64,000 bases of DNA, from the NCBI RefSeq assembly GCF_964204645.1, contig NC_134026.1, positions 14,232,150-14,296,149 on the forward strand. The letters run 5' to 3'. Position 1 is the first letter of the stretch, and each line of letters opens with the position of its first letter. The stretch is from Tubulanus polymorphus. Its lineage: Eukaryota > Animalia > Nemertea. A model generated the notes under the pieces. The model saw nothing but the letters and a program-made list of their open reading frames with translations, did no database searches and was not told where the DNA came from. Positions 50,682 through 62,834 of this stretch are shown piece after piece. The position numbers and the translations under genes were made by a program.

Positions 50682-51805
50682 ATGGGTGGTAAAAAAACTC
50701 CTAATACTAAAGAACAATATTTAAGAAATTTATATTACAACCCTGAGAGTTCGGTTGCTTATTCTTCTACCAAAAATATATGGCGTCAAGTAAAACAAGA
50801 TAAATTAGATAAGACAATCCCACAAAATTTAGTTAAATATAAAGATATAAATGAATTTATGTTAGAACAACCAACATACACAACACATAAAAAAATTGTT
50901 AGAAAATATAAAACTCGTAAAACTATGGTAAGTTATGTAGATCAACAGTGGCAAGGAGATTTAATTGATATGAAAAATGTTAAGAAAGATAATGATGATT
51001 ATTGGTGGTTATTGAATATAATTGATATTTTTAGTTGTTATGTATGGAGTTTCCCACTTTATAGAAAAGATGCTGTACAAACATCAAATGTTTTAAGAAA
51101 ATTTCTTTCGGATGATAAACTAAAACCAGAAAAAATACAATTTGATGATGGAAAAGAGTTTGATAATTCACTTGTTCATGAACTCTTAGACAATCATAAT
51201 ATTAAATATTTTTCAACAAAATCGGATAAAAAAGCGGAAGTTGTTGAACGATTTAATAGAACATTAAGAACAAGAATGTGGAAATATTTTACAGCAAATA
51301 ATACTTTTAAATGGATTGATGTTTTACCAAAATTGATAGAAGGATATAATAATTCTTATCATTCTTCTATTGGAATGAAACCTATTGATGCTAGAAAACC
51401 TGAAAATGCTGAAATTGGAATAATTTATATGGAGCATTTGTTATAGATGATTTTGGTGAACCTAAATTTAAAGTTGGTCAAAATGTTAGAATTTCTAAGT
51501 ATAAAAAGATATTTGACAAAGGATACGATCGAAATTTTACTAGGGAAATATATAAAATAAAAAAGGTAATAACAACAAAACCATATGTCTATAAATTAGA
51601 AGATTTAGATGGTGAAGAAGTTGATGGCTACTTTTACGAAGAAGAATTAAGTTTAACTACTGAAAATCTAGAACAAGAATATAAAATTGAAAAAGTATTA
51701 AAAACAAAAACTATTAAAAGAAAAAAATATTCTTTAGTAAAATGGGTTGGATGGCCAGATAAATTCAATGAATGGATATTGTCAAGTAAAATTAAAAATA
51801 TATAA
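50682..51805 (+). pseudogene. rve integrase with chromodomain; frameshift near 51415
   Basis: QWQGDLIDM, IIDIFS, IQFDDGKEF, VVERFNRTLR, YNNSYHSSIGMKP, then YKIEKVL...LVKWVGWPDKFNEWI. Confidence 0.92.
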
Positions 51806-52411
51806 ATGAATAAGGAATTATTTATATTTGAGCCTCATAATATGTTAATTTCTGGTGTAACAAATTGTGGAAAAACTTATTTTATATTAAATTTATTAGA
51901 AACTGTTTATGAAAACTATTTTGATAATATAGTATTTTTTTGTCCAACATATGAATTTAATCAAACTTATGATAGAAATATTACTAGAAATAATAAATTT
52001 ATTATATTTGATCCTAAAACAGTAAAAGAAAATTTAGATAATTGTATTAAAATAGCAATAGATATTTATAAAGGATCAAATACATTATTCATTATAGATG
52101 ATTGTGCTAATCTACATGATTCAAAAATTACAGAAAGTGAGTTATGCTATTTAGCTTTTTCTGGCAGACATTTTGGGATAACAACTTGGGTTTTAAATCA
52201 AAAATATAATTCAATTGTTAAAGACTTTAGAGAAAACATTAGATTTCTAGTTTTATTCTACAATAAAGATAGAAAATGGATAAAAAATGCACTTGAGGAA
52301 AATGATATTATTCCACATGATTTACATAATGAATATATGGATAAATTGAAAAATATTAAAAGATGAAAATTACTATTTAGATTACAACACCCATTTAAAT
52401 ATGAATTTATT
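51806..52411 (+). CDS. A32-like (FtsK/HerA) packaging ATPase; stop at 52366 probably premature
   Basis: Walker A GVTNCGKT, Walker B FIIDD, GRH...Q...R.N motifs. Confidence 0.9.
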
Positions 52412-52416
52412 TAAAT

Positions 52417-52690
52417 TCAACTAGCTTGTTGATCTAGTTGAATTCTAGTAACATTCTAGTTGAATTCTAGTTATTAGTAGTTGAAACAAAAATAAAATAA
52501 AATTCAACAATATTTTAACTAGCTTGTTAATCTAGTATATTTTTAGTTACATTCTAGTTGAATTCTAGTTATTAGTAGTTGAAACAAAAATCAACTAAAT
52601 TTAACAAGAAATAAATAAAAACAACAATATTTCAACTAGCTCGTTAATCTAGTTGAATTCTAGTTACATTCTAGTTGAATTCTAGTTGCA
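52417..52690. repeat. Internal tandem array, three ~100-115-bp units with five CTAGTTGAATTCTAG cores
   Basis: Direct read. Confidence 0.85.
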
Positions 52691-52719
52691 ACAACACAAC
52701 GATTTTTTTTGTTATATAA

Positions 52720-53325
52720 ATGGTAGGTGAAAAGAAAGTAAAATCTAAAAATGGTGATGTTCCAATTGAAAAAACTTAAGATGATTTAGGAATGACAGAA
52801 AACAAATTAATTCCAGATGATGGTGCTTTAAATAATGTTACAACAAATAATAATTATGAATATTATCTTTATTGTAAACATCAATTAGAAATATTAATAG
52901 CATCTGGAAAATGTAAAAATTTTGTCGGTAAAAATTTAACTTATAATGAATTAGATACAATGAAATCAGATGAAATTATTAGATTATTTAGGATTTATGA
53001 AGCCGCGAGAACAGCTAGAATTAATGACGCGATATCAGAAAATGTAGTAAAAGGTTATAGTAAATTATGTAATTATATACTACCAATTGAAGATGAAAAT
53101 AGATTATATTCCGATTTAAAAAATGATTATTTAGTTATGACTGAATTAAATAAATGGATTGGATATTTATCATTTCAATTAGGTGGATTTATGACATTAT
53201 TATCAACTGGGGTTATAACATTTTCAAATATTGAAAGTAAAAATATTTCTATAATAAATGAGCGAGGTGGAAGAAGTGAAGGAATTAACTGTGAAGAAAA
53301 AACCGAGTTCACAGAAACAAATTGA
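52720..53325 (+). CDS. Polinton hypothetical protein (TAAATG start at 52720, early stop; open from 52792)
   Basis: 177-aa ORF; homologous fragment at 30950-31100 (-). Confidence 0.6.
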
Positions 53326-53545
53326 ATGGTCTCGGCAATTAGGAATTAAATCACAAGAATATAAAAAAGCTGTAAAAGAAAAAATAAGTAATAAAAACGT
53401 TAATGAAAATAGTGAAAATATTGTTATTTCTACTCCTTCTAATAATAGAATATTTGATAAATGTCTATATTTTACAGTTGGATTTGTAATTGTATTCATT
53501 TTGATTGGGTGTAATTGGTATAAGAAATTAAAAAAAAATTCATGA
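53258..53545 (+). CDS. Small basic protein with C-terminal TM
   Basis: Homologs at ~30650-30915 (-) and 63667-63950. Confidence 0.65.
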   Translation: MSEVEEVKELTVKKKPSSQKQIEWSRQLGIKSQEYKKAVKEKISNKNVNENSENIVISTPSNNRIFDKCLYFTVGFVIVFILIGCNWYKKLKKNS

Positions 53546-53777
53546 TATTAATAATTCTGAAACAACTGCTATCAAAAATGAAAATACTTCTGAAATTCCA
53601 AAATTTATAATAAAAAAATGGATTAATATTTTAGAAAAAAAAGCAAAAAAAATAATTTTTTTAATTAATTGAATATCTCACTACTTTTGTCTATCTATGC
53701 GGAGCAATTAAATTGCCCAGATAAGTCATTTCGGATTCTTAATATTCATTATTTTTATTAATTTATTTTTTTTAATT

Positions 53778-54104
53778 TAATCAACAATTTCTAAATTATG
53801 ATGGCCATCTTCATTTTTTCCATGATAGATTATTTTAAATCCTTCTAAATCTTTTAATTCCTCTGTACTCAATGAAGTCCATTTATCAGGTAAAATACTT
53901 AAAATTCTCGCGATGTACTAACATTACAGTAGCTTAAATTCGCTGATACTTTCTCTCCATATTTAGTTTTTATCTTTTCTAATTTCAATATTTTATGTTC
54001 AATTTCTTTTGTAACATCAACTAACTTTTTTATTTCAAATATGTTTTTTTTGCTGGTTTAATTCTGTTATTTATTGTTGCTAAGAATGCTTTTCTATCTC
54101 CCAT
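53778..54104 (-). pseudogene. Small TIR-adjacent gene, diverged relative of the 17190-17550 / 58768-59067 ORF
   Basis: Minus strand KIKTKYGEKV...LPDKWTSLSTEELKDLEGFKIIYHGKNEDGHHNLEI versus LPDRFHRLS..DIEELCSGDF...YKGKNE.GHH.IDFE. Confidence 0.6.
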
Positions 54105-54974
54105 TTATTAGGAAAAGAAATTACTTGTGGTGATGAGTGGTGTCTAGTACTCAAGTACTCTGGTATGAAAACGCCATCTTCTAATTACTGCTGTTGTTGT
54201 TACCATTAACAACGACCGAACATCGAAAGTAATAGACACTGCAATTCGGGCAAAATATCATACATTGAAAATTTATTCAGCATGACAAAACAGCTACAGT
54301 CAAATTAGATGTAACACTCATAATTTCTGATTCTGCATCGTCACTTTCTTGTGATAAACTTCTTGTTACCTAAAAGAGAAATATATCTAGAGCGTAGAAT
54401 AGAATTAACTTGGAGTTGTAGTTGGCAAATATAAATTGCTGCACATATTTAAAGGTTTCTAATTAAGTAACCCCTTTCCCGATTTCTTAATAACTACAAA
54501 AACGGTACTTACATTTAGAACTGTAAACTCCGAATTGTATTACAAGAGAGAAATATATGTGTCCTGTTTATATACGTGCTTATATCTAACTGCTTCAATG
54601 AAACATTGAACGGCTACATCTGTTTGATCAATCAATATTCAAATTAATTACTTCAATACAACTAAATGGAGTGAGCGCGCAACATAGGTTTTGAGACAAG
54701 CAATTTTCATATAGATCGGGCGTCGCAGTTTTTGTACGACATGCTTATTGTAAAGAATGGAACTTACTAATAAATTGCAAAAAAACTAAAGTAATTCTCG
54801 AAGGGAAGACTACGAAACCCCCCGGAGTTTAATATAAACGGTCGAGTGTTGGAGTTAGTATATAACTATAAGTATTTGGGTATACTATTCCCCATACCGG
54901 GTCTTTTGTTCAGTGCCGAAAAGCGTTAGCAAACCAAGCGCGGCGGGCTATGTTCTCTGTTTTAAAAAAGGTTA

Positions 54975-55360
54975 GGTAATATTCACTCGACGTTGATGTT
55001 AGTTTAAAGCTATATGATAGCATGGTATTACCAATTCTATTATTTGGATGTGGAATTTGGGGTTACGAAAATCTCGGAGTTCTCGAGTGCGTGCGGCAAA
55101 TTTTTTTAAATATTTACTCAAGTTAAAGAAATCAACTAATAGCTCATTTGTCTATGGATAACTTGGCCGTTTTCCTCTCGAAGTTTATGTGCAGCTCAGA
55201 ATTGTAAAATCTTGTCCGAAATTAACATCTGATGATAAATCATAGTCAAAGGTTTACATACGCAAATGTTTAATACATTTCTAATGTTAAATGTTGCAAT
55301 GTATATTGTAAAATAATTTTGTGCTCTGTGCAATTGTTTAATTGTGGAGTAAATAAACTA
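54975..55360 (+). mobile_element. 3' fragment of a LINE ORF2
   Basis: LKLYDSMVLPILLFGCGIWG...FKYLLKLKKST...VYG*LGRFPL, typical post-RT region. Confidence 0.7.
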
Positions 55361-55369
55361 ATTGTAAAA

Positions 55370-55930
55370 TATTCAAATAAAATTCAAATTCAAATTTATT
55401 TTATTACATCATATTTACAAAGCATATCATTGGTTCATGCAGTAATAAAGATTAGGACAGAACAAATATTATTATAGAATTTTCAAAATGGTAATGAATT
55501 TCTATAACTAAATGAATATTATTTTTCTAATAACTAGATCAAGAGTGACTCTCCCGTTTATTGGGAAACACACGCAACTAGTGGAATAGGTTTGATATTA
55601 ACACACATGGTGTAGGTATAAACTGTTCATCAGTATAGAATTTGTAAAACATAAAAACCGAAATCAACATCGGTCGAGACCCAGACAAAATCAATTCATA
55701 ATTTATTCATTGGATCTACGCTACAATATATGTATTTATTCAAATATTTCAATAAAAAGATTAACTTCTTAAAACTATTCCAAGTCATAATACGCTCTTA
55801 TCTGTCAATTTACTCAATCTATGGACTCAGCAGGTGCTTAAGATGAGTTCTTAATAGGACAGATCCATTTTTAGCGTGGTGATAATACAGGATCGTGGTG
55901 TTTGAATGGCAAAATAAATGCCTGGTCGAA
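55370..55930 (-). repeat. ~560-bp retroposon-like repeat with (TTTGAA)n tail, copy 1
   Basis: Reverse complement of 60223-60823. Confidence 0.8.
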
Positions 55931-58255
55931 TAAATTCATATTTGTTTATTTGCATGTCCGCATACGTTCGGTTTCAAAGCTGAATCACATTTGAAGTTTA
56001 CACAGTGGTTGCATATTAGGTTCGAATATACCAATGCATTTTATTCTATGTATCGGTATTTCAATTTACTACAATTCCCATCCTCCTGAATGTCTTTGCA
56101 GAAAACCCGTCATCGCTGCTTTGCAGCTATATTTCATCATAAAATTGTTCCTTTGTAAGCTCAGTTATCTTAAAATCATTACATGATTTATAAAAAGAAT
56201 ATGGCGTGGCACCTGTATATCTCATTCATTGAAAATCATCATTATTTGGAAAGTGTTGTTTCAATACTTTTAATTCACCATCGATCAAACTTTTTGATAA
56301 ATTATCTAATGAACTATTTAAAAACCTATATGAGTCTATAAATCTTAAGCGACCGAATTGGAAAGATATATAATTTTCAGATGTTTTAGCTAGCATTCTA
56401 AATCTATAAGTTGGTATTTTGGGTGGTGGTGATGATGATTGGTATTGATTTGGTATTGTTATTTTTCACAAACATTTTACGATCCTTAAGGTAGATGCTA
56501 AACCAATTATATGCATGTCCACGAACCCCATAATGTGCTTATTTGAATAAAAGGTTGTCTATATTGAGTGAGTCGAATGTTTTCGATAAATCTAAAAATA
56601 AACCTAATGGGTAGTTATTGTTTTCTAAATTATAGATAATATTCCCAATGAAATCAGTCATGGCATGGATAGTGGAATGATTAGGTCGAAATCCGTATTG
56701 ACTGGGGTTTATAATTTTGTGTTTAGTGAAAAATTTGTATAATCGCGTATGACCTAGTTTCTCTTGGACTTTTGATAGGGTTGGTAGAAGATATATATGG
56801 CGGTAGTTATTGAACAGTTGCTTGTTACCATTTTTAGGGTTTTCTGTTTCTTCACAAAAAACCCTATTGAGATTCGCGTGATTGGGTTTTCTGTTAATTC
56901 ACAGAAAACCCTATTGATTGAGATTCGCGTGTTTCTTATTATCATTTTATGTCACACTATTTTCACTAAAAGAACATAGGCTTTGTTACCTTGCCACTGT
57001 TGTCGATACAATCCGTATGATATCCTTCAGCTCACTTTGATCTACAAATACTCTGTGCGTATTCTGATAAATGAACGTAACAAAAGCGCTGTAAACATCG
57101 AAAATTGGGTCCCATTCAATGAGGCGACATGTTTTTCTGAGTCGTCATCCCGAAATCCACAGGAGGTTGCTCGTCACTTCGTTTATCAATTCAAGTGTAA
57201 ATAAACAAATTTATTGCCGCAAGACGTCACATTCAGCCGCGGTTTTTAAACAGTAATTTATAACCATTACCCATTTTCCTCATCAAATCATATTATCGAT
57301 ATACAGGAAATTTAATGCTCTTGATTTTAAAAGCACTGTCGAGCCAGTAACATCGACGAATCGACGTGTGTCTCTTCGTCGTCGTTCCGGGGATCAGCTG
57401 TGAGTTTCTCCTCATCATGACAATCAAATGAAGTACAAATAAATTTATTACTACCAGTGATTTGGCCGCGGGCTTCAAACAGTTAGTTTAACAATACCTA
57501 ATTTTCTGTACCAAATTTACTGTATATTTACTAGGATAAATCATTAGAGTACCGGTGAGTCGTAGGCATACGTGGCAAAAAATTTATATTTACATTTTTC
57601 TTTTGTTCAAAGATTCATCTTAACCGCTGGAGGTCCCCCGTTATGCCGATAAACACACTAAAACACTTGAATAAAATTGCGAAAACTGTGTCAGAAATTG
57701 ATTTTATTATGTAAAATCGTAGAAAAGGTGCCCAGGTTGGTAGGTTCCGGTAGGCTATTTGACGCTGTTTGTAGGTTGAAAGCTGTGAACGCTGATACAG
57801 TGAGTGTAGTGCACACGTTTGGATTGTCTTTACAAACAGAAAGGGGAGCGTGCGCACTGCAAACAAGATGGCAGAAACTCTCTTGTGAAAAAATTGGGTC
57901 CCAGGCAACAACTTTATAGCGGATAATTAATGAATATGTACCGAATAAATAATTTTGTACTATGATATTTGGCATTTATTGCCAGCCTCAACCACGGCAC
58001 AAGCCCCTATGAACTAAACTATGAGTCCATTCTTATATGAATATGAATAGTGCTTTTCGGCGTTCTAATGCATTTTCTAACCCGATAGTAATTCCTCATC
58101 AGCATCTATTATAAACACAACATTTTGGCCCAAGATAGAGTTTAATACACAATCAATATACAGAGAAAATTACAATTTTCAGTGAAGGGCTACTCGAACT
58201 GTTGAATAAATAAACCACCAAACGGTGTAAACGACAAAATCCATTTTGATTTCAG

Positions 58256-58474
58256 GTCATAAGTGTGAAAGACAACGATAGTCTAGCAGCAAGACTTGCG
58301 GTGGAAATTAAAGCGGAACTCTTGATCATCATGTCTGATGTAGATGGATTGTACACGACCCCACCGGGAGAAAGCGGTTCGCGTCTGCTTCATTCTTTTT
58401 CGCCATTAGCAGAAAATATTAACATTGTGTTTGGAACAAAATCAAGAGTTGGAATGGGTGGCATGGAGTCCAAG
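58256..58474 (+). CDS. ALDH18A1: P5CS coding exon
   Basis: TTTCAG|[33 protein letters not shown]...[15 protein letters not shown]|GT; 219 bp, phase 0, continues ...DLQG from 32725. Confidence 0.96.
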
Positions 58475-58540
58475 GTATAGTAGTATAGTAGAGTTTATTT
58501 TGCATAATAGATTGGTACAAAGATGTGTAATTACAATATG

Positions 58541-59360
58541 AGGAATTAGATAAATGTTTTTTTCATACCAAAGGTCGAAGGGTCGAGCTCATAAAAAATA
58601 GAAATAAATTCTCGCACGCTTGCATTTATTTTTATTTCTTATTCACTCAACCCTTCAAACCTTTGATATGAAAAAACATTTATCTAATTACTCTAGCACT
58701 CTAGTAATTCCATATAAATGAATATCATATAAATGAAATCAATTTTTTTTTTAAAGTTGTCATAAAAATGCAGAGTACACAAGCACATATTGAGAACAAC
58801 AAATCATTCTTAAATATAATTAAAGTTACTACAAATGCTAAATCGGTAGATTATATAATTCATCTAGAATATGAAGGATTAGAAGGTAATAAACTTGAAT
58901 TCAGAACGCATTTACCAGATAGATTTCATCGATTATCTAGTGGAGATATAGAAGAATTATGTTCGGGATTATCTAGTGGAGATATAGAAGAATTATGTTC
59001 GGGTGATTTCTTTTTCATGTATAAAGGTAAGAATGAGATAGGGCACCATGGTATAGATTTCGAATAGTATAAAATCAATTTTAAGAAAAAATGTGTATGA
59101 TAAATGGAACCAAATAAGAAGTACTGCTGTCCAACATGTAAAATTAATATAGATAAATCTAAAAAAGCGCGGCATAATTAAGCTTAATCTCACTTACAAA
59201 ATAAATTGAAATTAGAATATTAAGATGATATATTAGGAACCAAATTAGAAGAATTAAAGAATGAAAAAGAACCATATAAATGCGATACATGTAACCAATT
59301 ATTTAGTGAAAAAAAGATATTATTAACAACATTTAAAATCTAAAATTCATATTAAAAATA
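58541..59360 (+). mobile_element. Polinton end fragment E: 152-bp hairpin (58541-58692), small ORF 58768-59067, zinc-finger remnant from 59104
   Basis: Hairpin shares loop AAATAAATTCTCGCACGCT with 16948-17091; ORFs homologous to 17190-17550 and 27682-27900; 36-bp tandem duplication at 58931-59002. Confidence 0.8.
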
Positions 59361-59399
59361 TAGCTGCAAAGCGGCGATGATGGGTTTTCTGAAAAGCCA

Positions 59400-60186
59400 T
59401 TCACTAGGATGATGGGGATCGTAGTAAATTGAAATACTGATACATAGAATAAAACGTATTTACAGATTCGAACCTAATATGCAACCGCTGTGTAAACGTC
59501 AAATGTGATACAGCTTTGAAACCGAACATACAATCAACAAATATGAATTTAAATAATAATAAGAACGCAACTATCACAATCTTCATGATTATAATGAGTT
59601 TATTTACATGTTCAAACGTTTCGATCGATTTCGACTCATCTCTTCGGGTCCTTTTCAAGAAATGACATGAAAAGATACAAACTATGTATAGTATAGTGTT
59701 ACTAATTACAGAGAATATCATGCAGGCGTGAAGTGGCCTAGTTTACAAAGTACAAATGGATTATAAACATATCAAAATATGTTCAGTAAAAAAGAGACAC
59801 CATGTGTTGAAAGTTGTTTGTTAATACTTGAAAAAGAAAAATTTGATGCACAATTTTTACATAATGTTAAATGTTCCTTAATTTCTGAATCTCCTTTTAA
59901 TATTGTTTGCCTACAGCACTTAAGGAACATTTAACATCATGTAAAAATTGTGCATCAAATTTTTCTTTAAAAAACAACTTTTCAATCGTTGATTCTGGAA
60001 AACATGACTTTGAAATCACCATCAAAGAGGCATTATATATAAAATCCAAAAAACCAAGTATTAACAAACAACTTTCAACACATGGTTTCTCATTTTTACT
60101 GAACGTATTTTGATATGTTTATAATCCATTTGTACTTTGTAATTTGTACTTTGTAAACTAGGCCACTTCACGCCTGCATGATATTC
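59400..60186. mobile_element. Penelope-like retroelement remnant
   Basis: GIY-YIG C-terminal signature ALKEHL...NFSIV...IKEALYIKSKKPSINKQ (59907-60113); inverted duplication 59714-59790 / 60093-60185 resembling an inverted pseudo-LTR. Confidence 0.7.
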
Positions 60187-60222
60187 TGGATACTCTTCCG
60201 AAATAATATAATAAGAATTTAC

Positions 60223-60823
60223 TCGACCAGGCATTTATTTTGGCATTCAAACATCATGATCCTGTATCCTGTATCCTGTATCACCACGCTAAAAATGGAT
60301 CCGTCCTATTAAGAACTCATCTTAAGCACCTGCTGAGTCAATAGATTGAGTAAATTTACTGATAAGAACGTATTATGATTTGGAATAGATTTAAGAAGTT
60401 AATCTTTTTATTGAAATATTTGAATAAATACATAAATTGTAGTGTAGATCCAATCAATAATTGTGAATTGTTTTGGTCTGGGTCTCGACCGATGTTGATT
60501 TCGGCTTTTATGTTTTACAAATTCTATATTGATTAACTATGCTATAACTCTATACTGATTCTATAACAATTTATACCTGCAACATGTCTGTTAATATCAA
60601 ACCTATTCCACTGGTTGCATTTGTTTCCTTATTAACGGGCTAGTCACTCTTGATCTTAGTTATTAGAAAAATAATATTCGTTTAGTTATAGAAATTCATT
60701 ACCTTTTTGAAAATTCTATTATAATATTTGTTCTGTCCTAATTTTTATTACTGCATGAACCAATTATATGCTTTGTAAATATGATGTAATAAAACAAATT
60801 TGAATTTGAATTCGATTTGAATA
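60223..60823 (+). repeat. Copy 2 of the (TTTGAA)n-tailed repeat
   Basis: Inverted relative to 55370-55930. Confidence 0.8.
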
Positions 60824-62834
60824 TGAGAATTAAGAATAACTTGTGTTTTTTCCACTTGTCTAACTTGTCTCTCGTTCCAGAGTTTCAATTACAATCAAAT
60901 CCAAATTGGCTAAAAGTACATAGGAATAAATGAAATGAACTGTTAGTCACTGCAAACCTATTCCAGCGTTATGTCGATCGCGTTGAATCACTTTGATTGA
61001 GCTGAAAGAATCAGATCTTCTATGGTGCAACATCGGTCGAGGAGTGATATCTTGGTGTTGACTGTCCTTGACCATCTAACTTCATGCGTTTGATTTTGGT
61101 ATCAGCATCATACCAACATGAACTGCAAAATATTCACACAACGTGAACACCTTCAGTACATGTATACAGTAATCAAACTTTAACCGATTTTTGGATATTT
61201 TAATGAACGTTAGGCTTATTTCAGTATTCTAAAGCAGGAAATAATAAGCCCAATCAATAGGCCCTATTCCTATTGGTACAATTGTATAATGCGTACAGCT
61301 GTACCGTACACTTATCGGTCAATATTTGAGAAATCGGTATACCAAGCCTATGTACAGCTAAATGTACAGGCCTACAATGATTTCTGGTATACAAGACGTG
61401 ACCACACGAACGTTCGTTTTGGATCTAGGTTTGATTATTAATGTTAGCAGGTCAGAGAAGGCCTGGTTAAATCACATGGCTCAAATCAATTAGCCTTTCT
61501 GCCTGTGAATACTTCAGTGTATTGTTTTAATCATATCGAGTGAATAGTGCATAGACCGAATTAGACTTTGGGCTATTCCTGATCAAATCCTATACCTGTG
61601 ATAACGGTACCAGTAATAGTAGCATCGATGTAGGGCCGACGAGAGGGAAAAAGTTGTGTTTGTTGTGCGTAGCCGTAGGCATGGTAGGCTTATCGTACTC
61701 ACTTAATACTTAAAACGCTGTTGTTACCCGTACGTGACTGTACGGTGATACGGGTTAGCCGTATGTGAGTACGAAAAAAATATTCCAGCGGTAGTCCAGT
61801 GATTTACCCACTGAGCCACAGAACGTAACTGCAGGGTGGATGAAAGTTGATTTACAAATAGCCTCACCTTACCCAAACCCTATTCTTTCACTCATACGCG
61901 TATGTAGATTATAGGAACTCACGTACGGCGTTTGTAGGGAACTCACGTACGGTTAAACTGTGGAGATCACCGTACATTCACGTGCGGATAACAACTTCGT
62001 ACTTAAAATGGTATTGACTACTATATAATAGCCTATATAGACAAATAAATACCGGTAGGCTTTCTTAGCTTCCACACTTCACAACCGAACCAACTGACCT
62101 ACCAGTATATTTTAGTCCCAATACGCGCCAACCGGCACAGGCCTACCACTGTTTGTCAACTGGTGTGTTCCGTAGTATGCTATCGTAATCACCTGATACT
62201 TGTCTGTCGTTAGTTTTCCTTTCTGAGTTGAACGTAAGCCACCCGCGACTCAACGACCTTGATTTAAACTTGGTGAATTCAAAATCTCTTCATTGACACT
62301 TTTGGTGACATGAACAGATCAGTATTATACTAAAATGAAATCACCGGAATAACAATACATCAAAAATATTAAAGAGGTAACAAAAATGCCCGTAAACCGA
62401 TCAGACACGTGAACGCTGGACTCGTAAACTCTTGGACTCGGACCCGCTGAGCAATAAATTCATAAAATTGACCTTCAAATTGATTTTGGAGAAGAGAGGG
62501 AACAATTCAATAGCTCTTCCTCAAAAAGAAGAGAGAAATATCGGAAAGAAAACACAACATGGCTACTAATGGAACGGGGCCAAATTTCCTATGTTTACAG
62601 CTCAACAGTGCCTTTATAACGTGGATTTATCAAAATTCCCATGCAGGATCTGGAGATTGAAGTGAGCTGAAAGATATCATCTGGATTGTATCGGCAACAG
62701 CGGTAAGGTAAGGAAGCCTTTACACTTTTAACAAAAACTGTGTGGAAAAGGGAAAGAGAAATATTACAATAATCACGCGAATCTCAATAGGGTTTTTTGT
62801 GAAGAAACAGAAAACCCTAAATATCGATAATGAT

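Larger units (their letters stand above)
42432..54189 (+). mobile_element. Polinton copy D, fully bounded (11758 bp), polymerase deleted
   Basis: TIRs 42432-42499 and 54122-54189 (1 mismatch in 68), AGT...ACT ends, TSD GCTGTT at 42426-42431 and 54190-54195; integrase, ATPase and capsid-like genes. Confidence 0.95.

Noticed and set aside
52417-52690. Repeat array as CRISPR
   Set aside because: Spacers are not unique, no cas genes, eukaryotic context
56754-57975. Cluster of short overlapping ORFs
   Set aside because: No recognisable motifs; intronic repeat-like DNA
58931-59002. 36-bp in-frame duplication (LSSGDIEELCSG twice)
   Set aside because: Absent from homologs; simple slippage in a decayed copy
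62560-62712. AG...GTAAG-bounded segment as the next P5CS exon
   Set aside because: No frame resembles the expected VKAALWAL...VVIANG and frames contain stops
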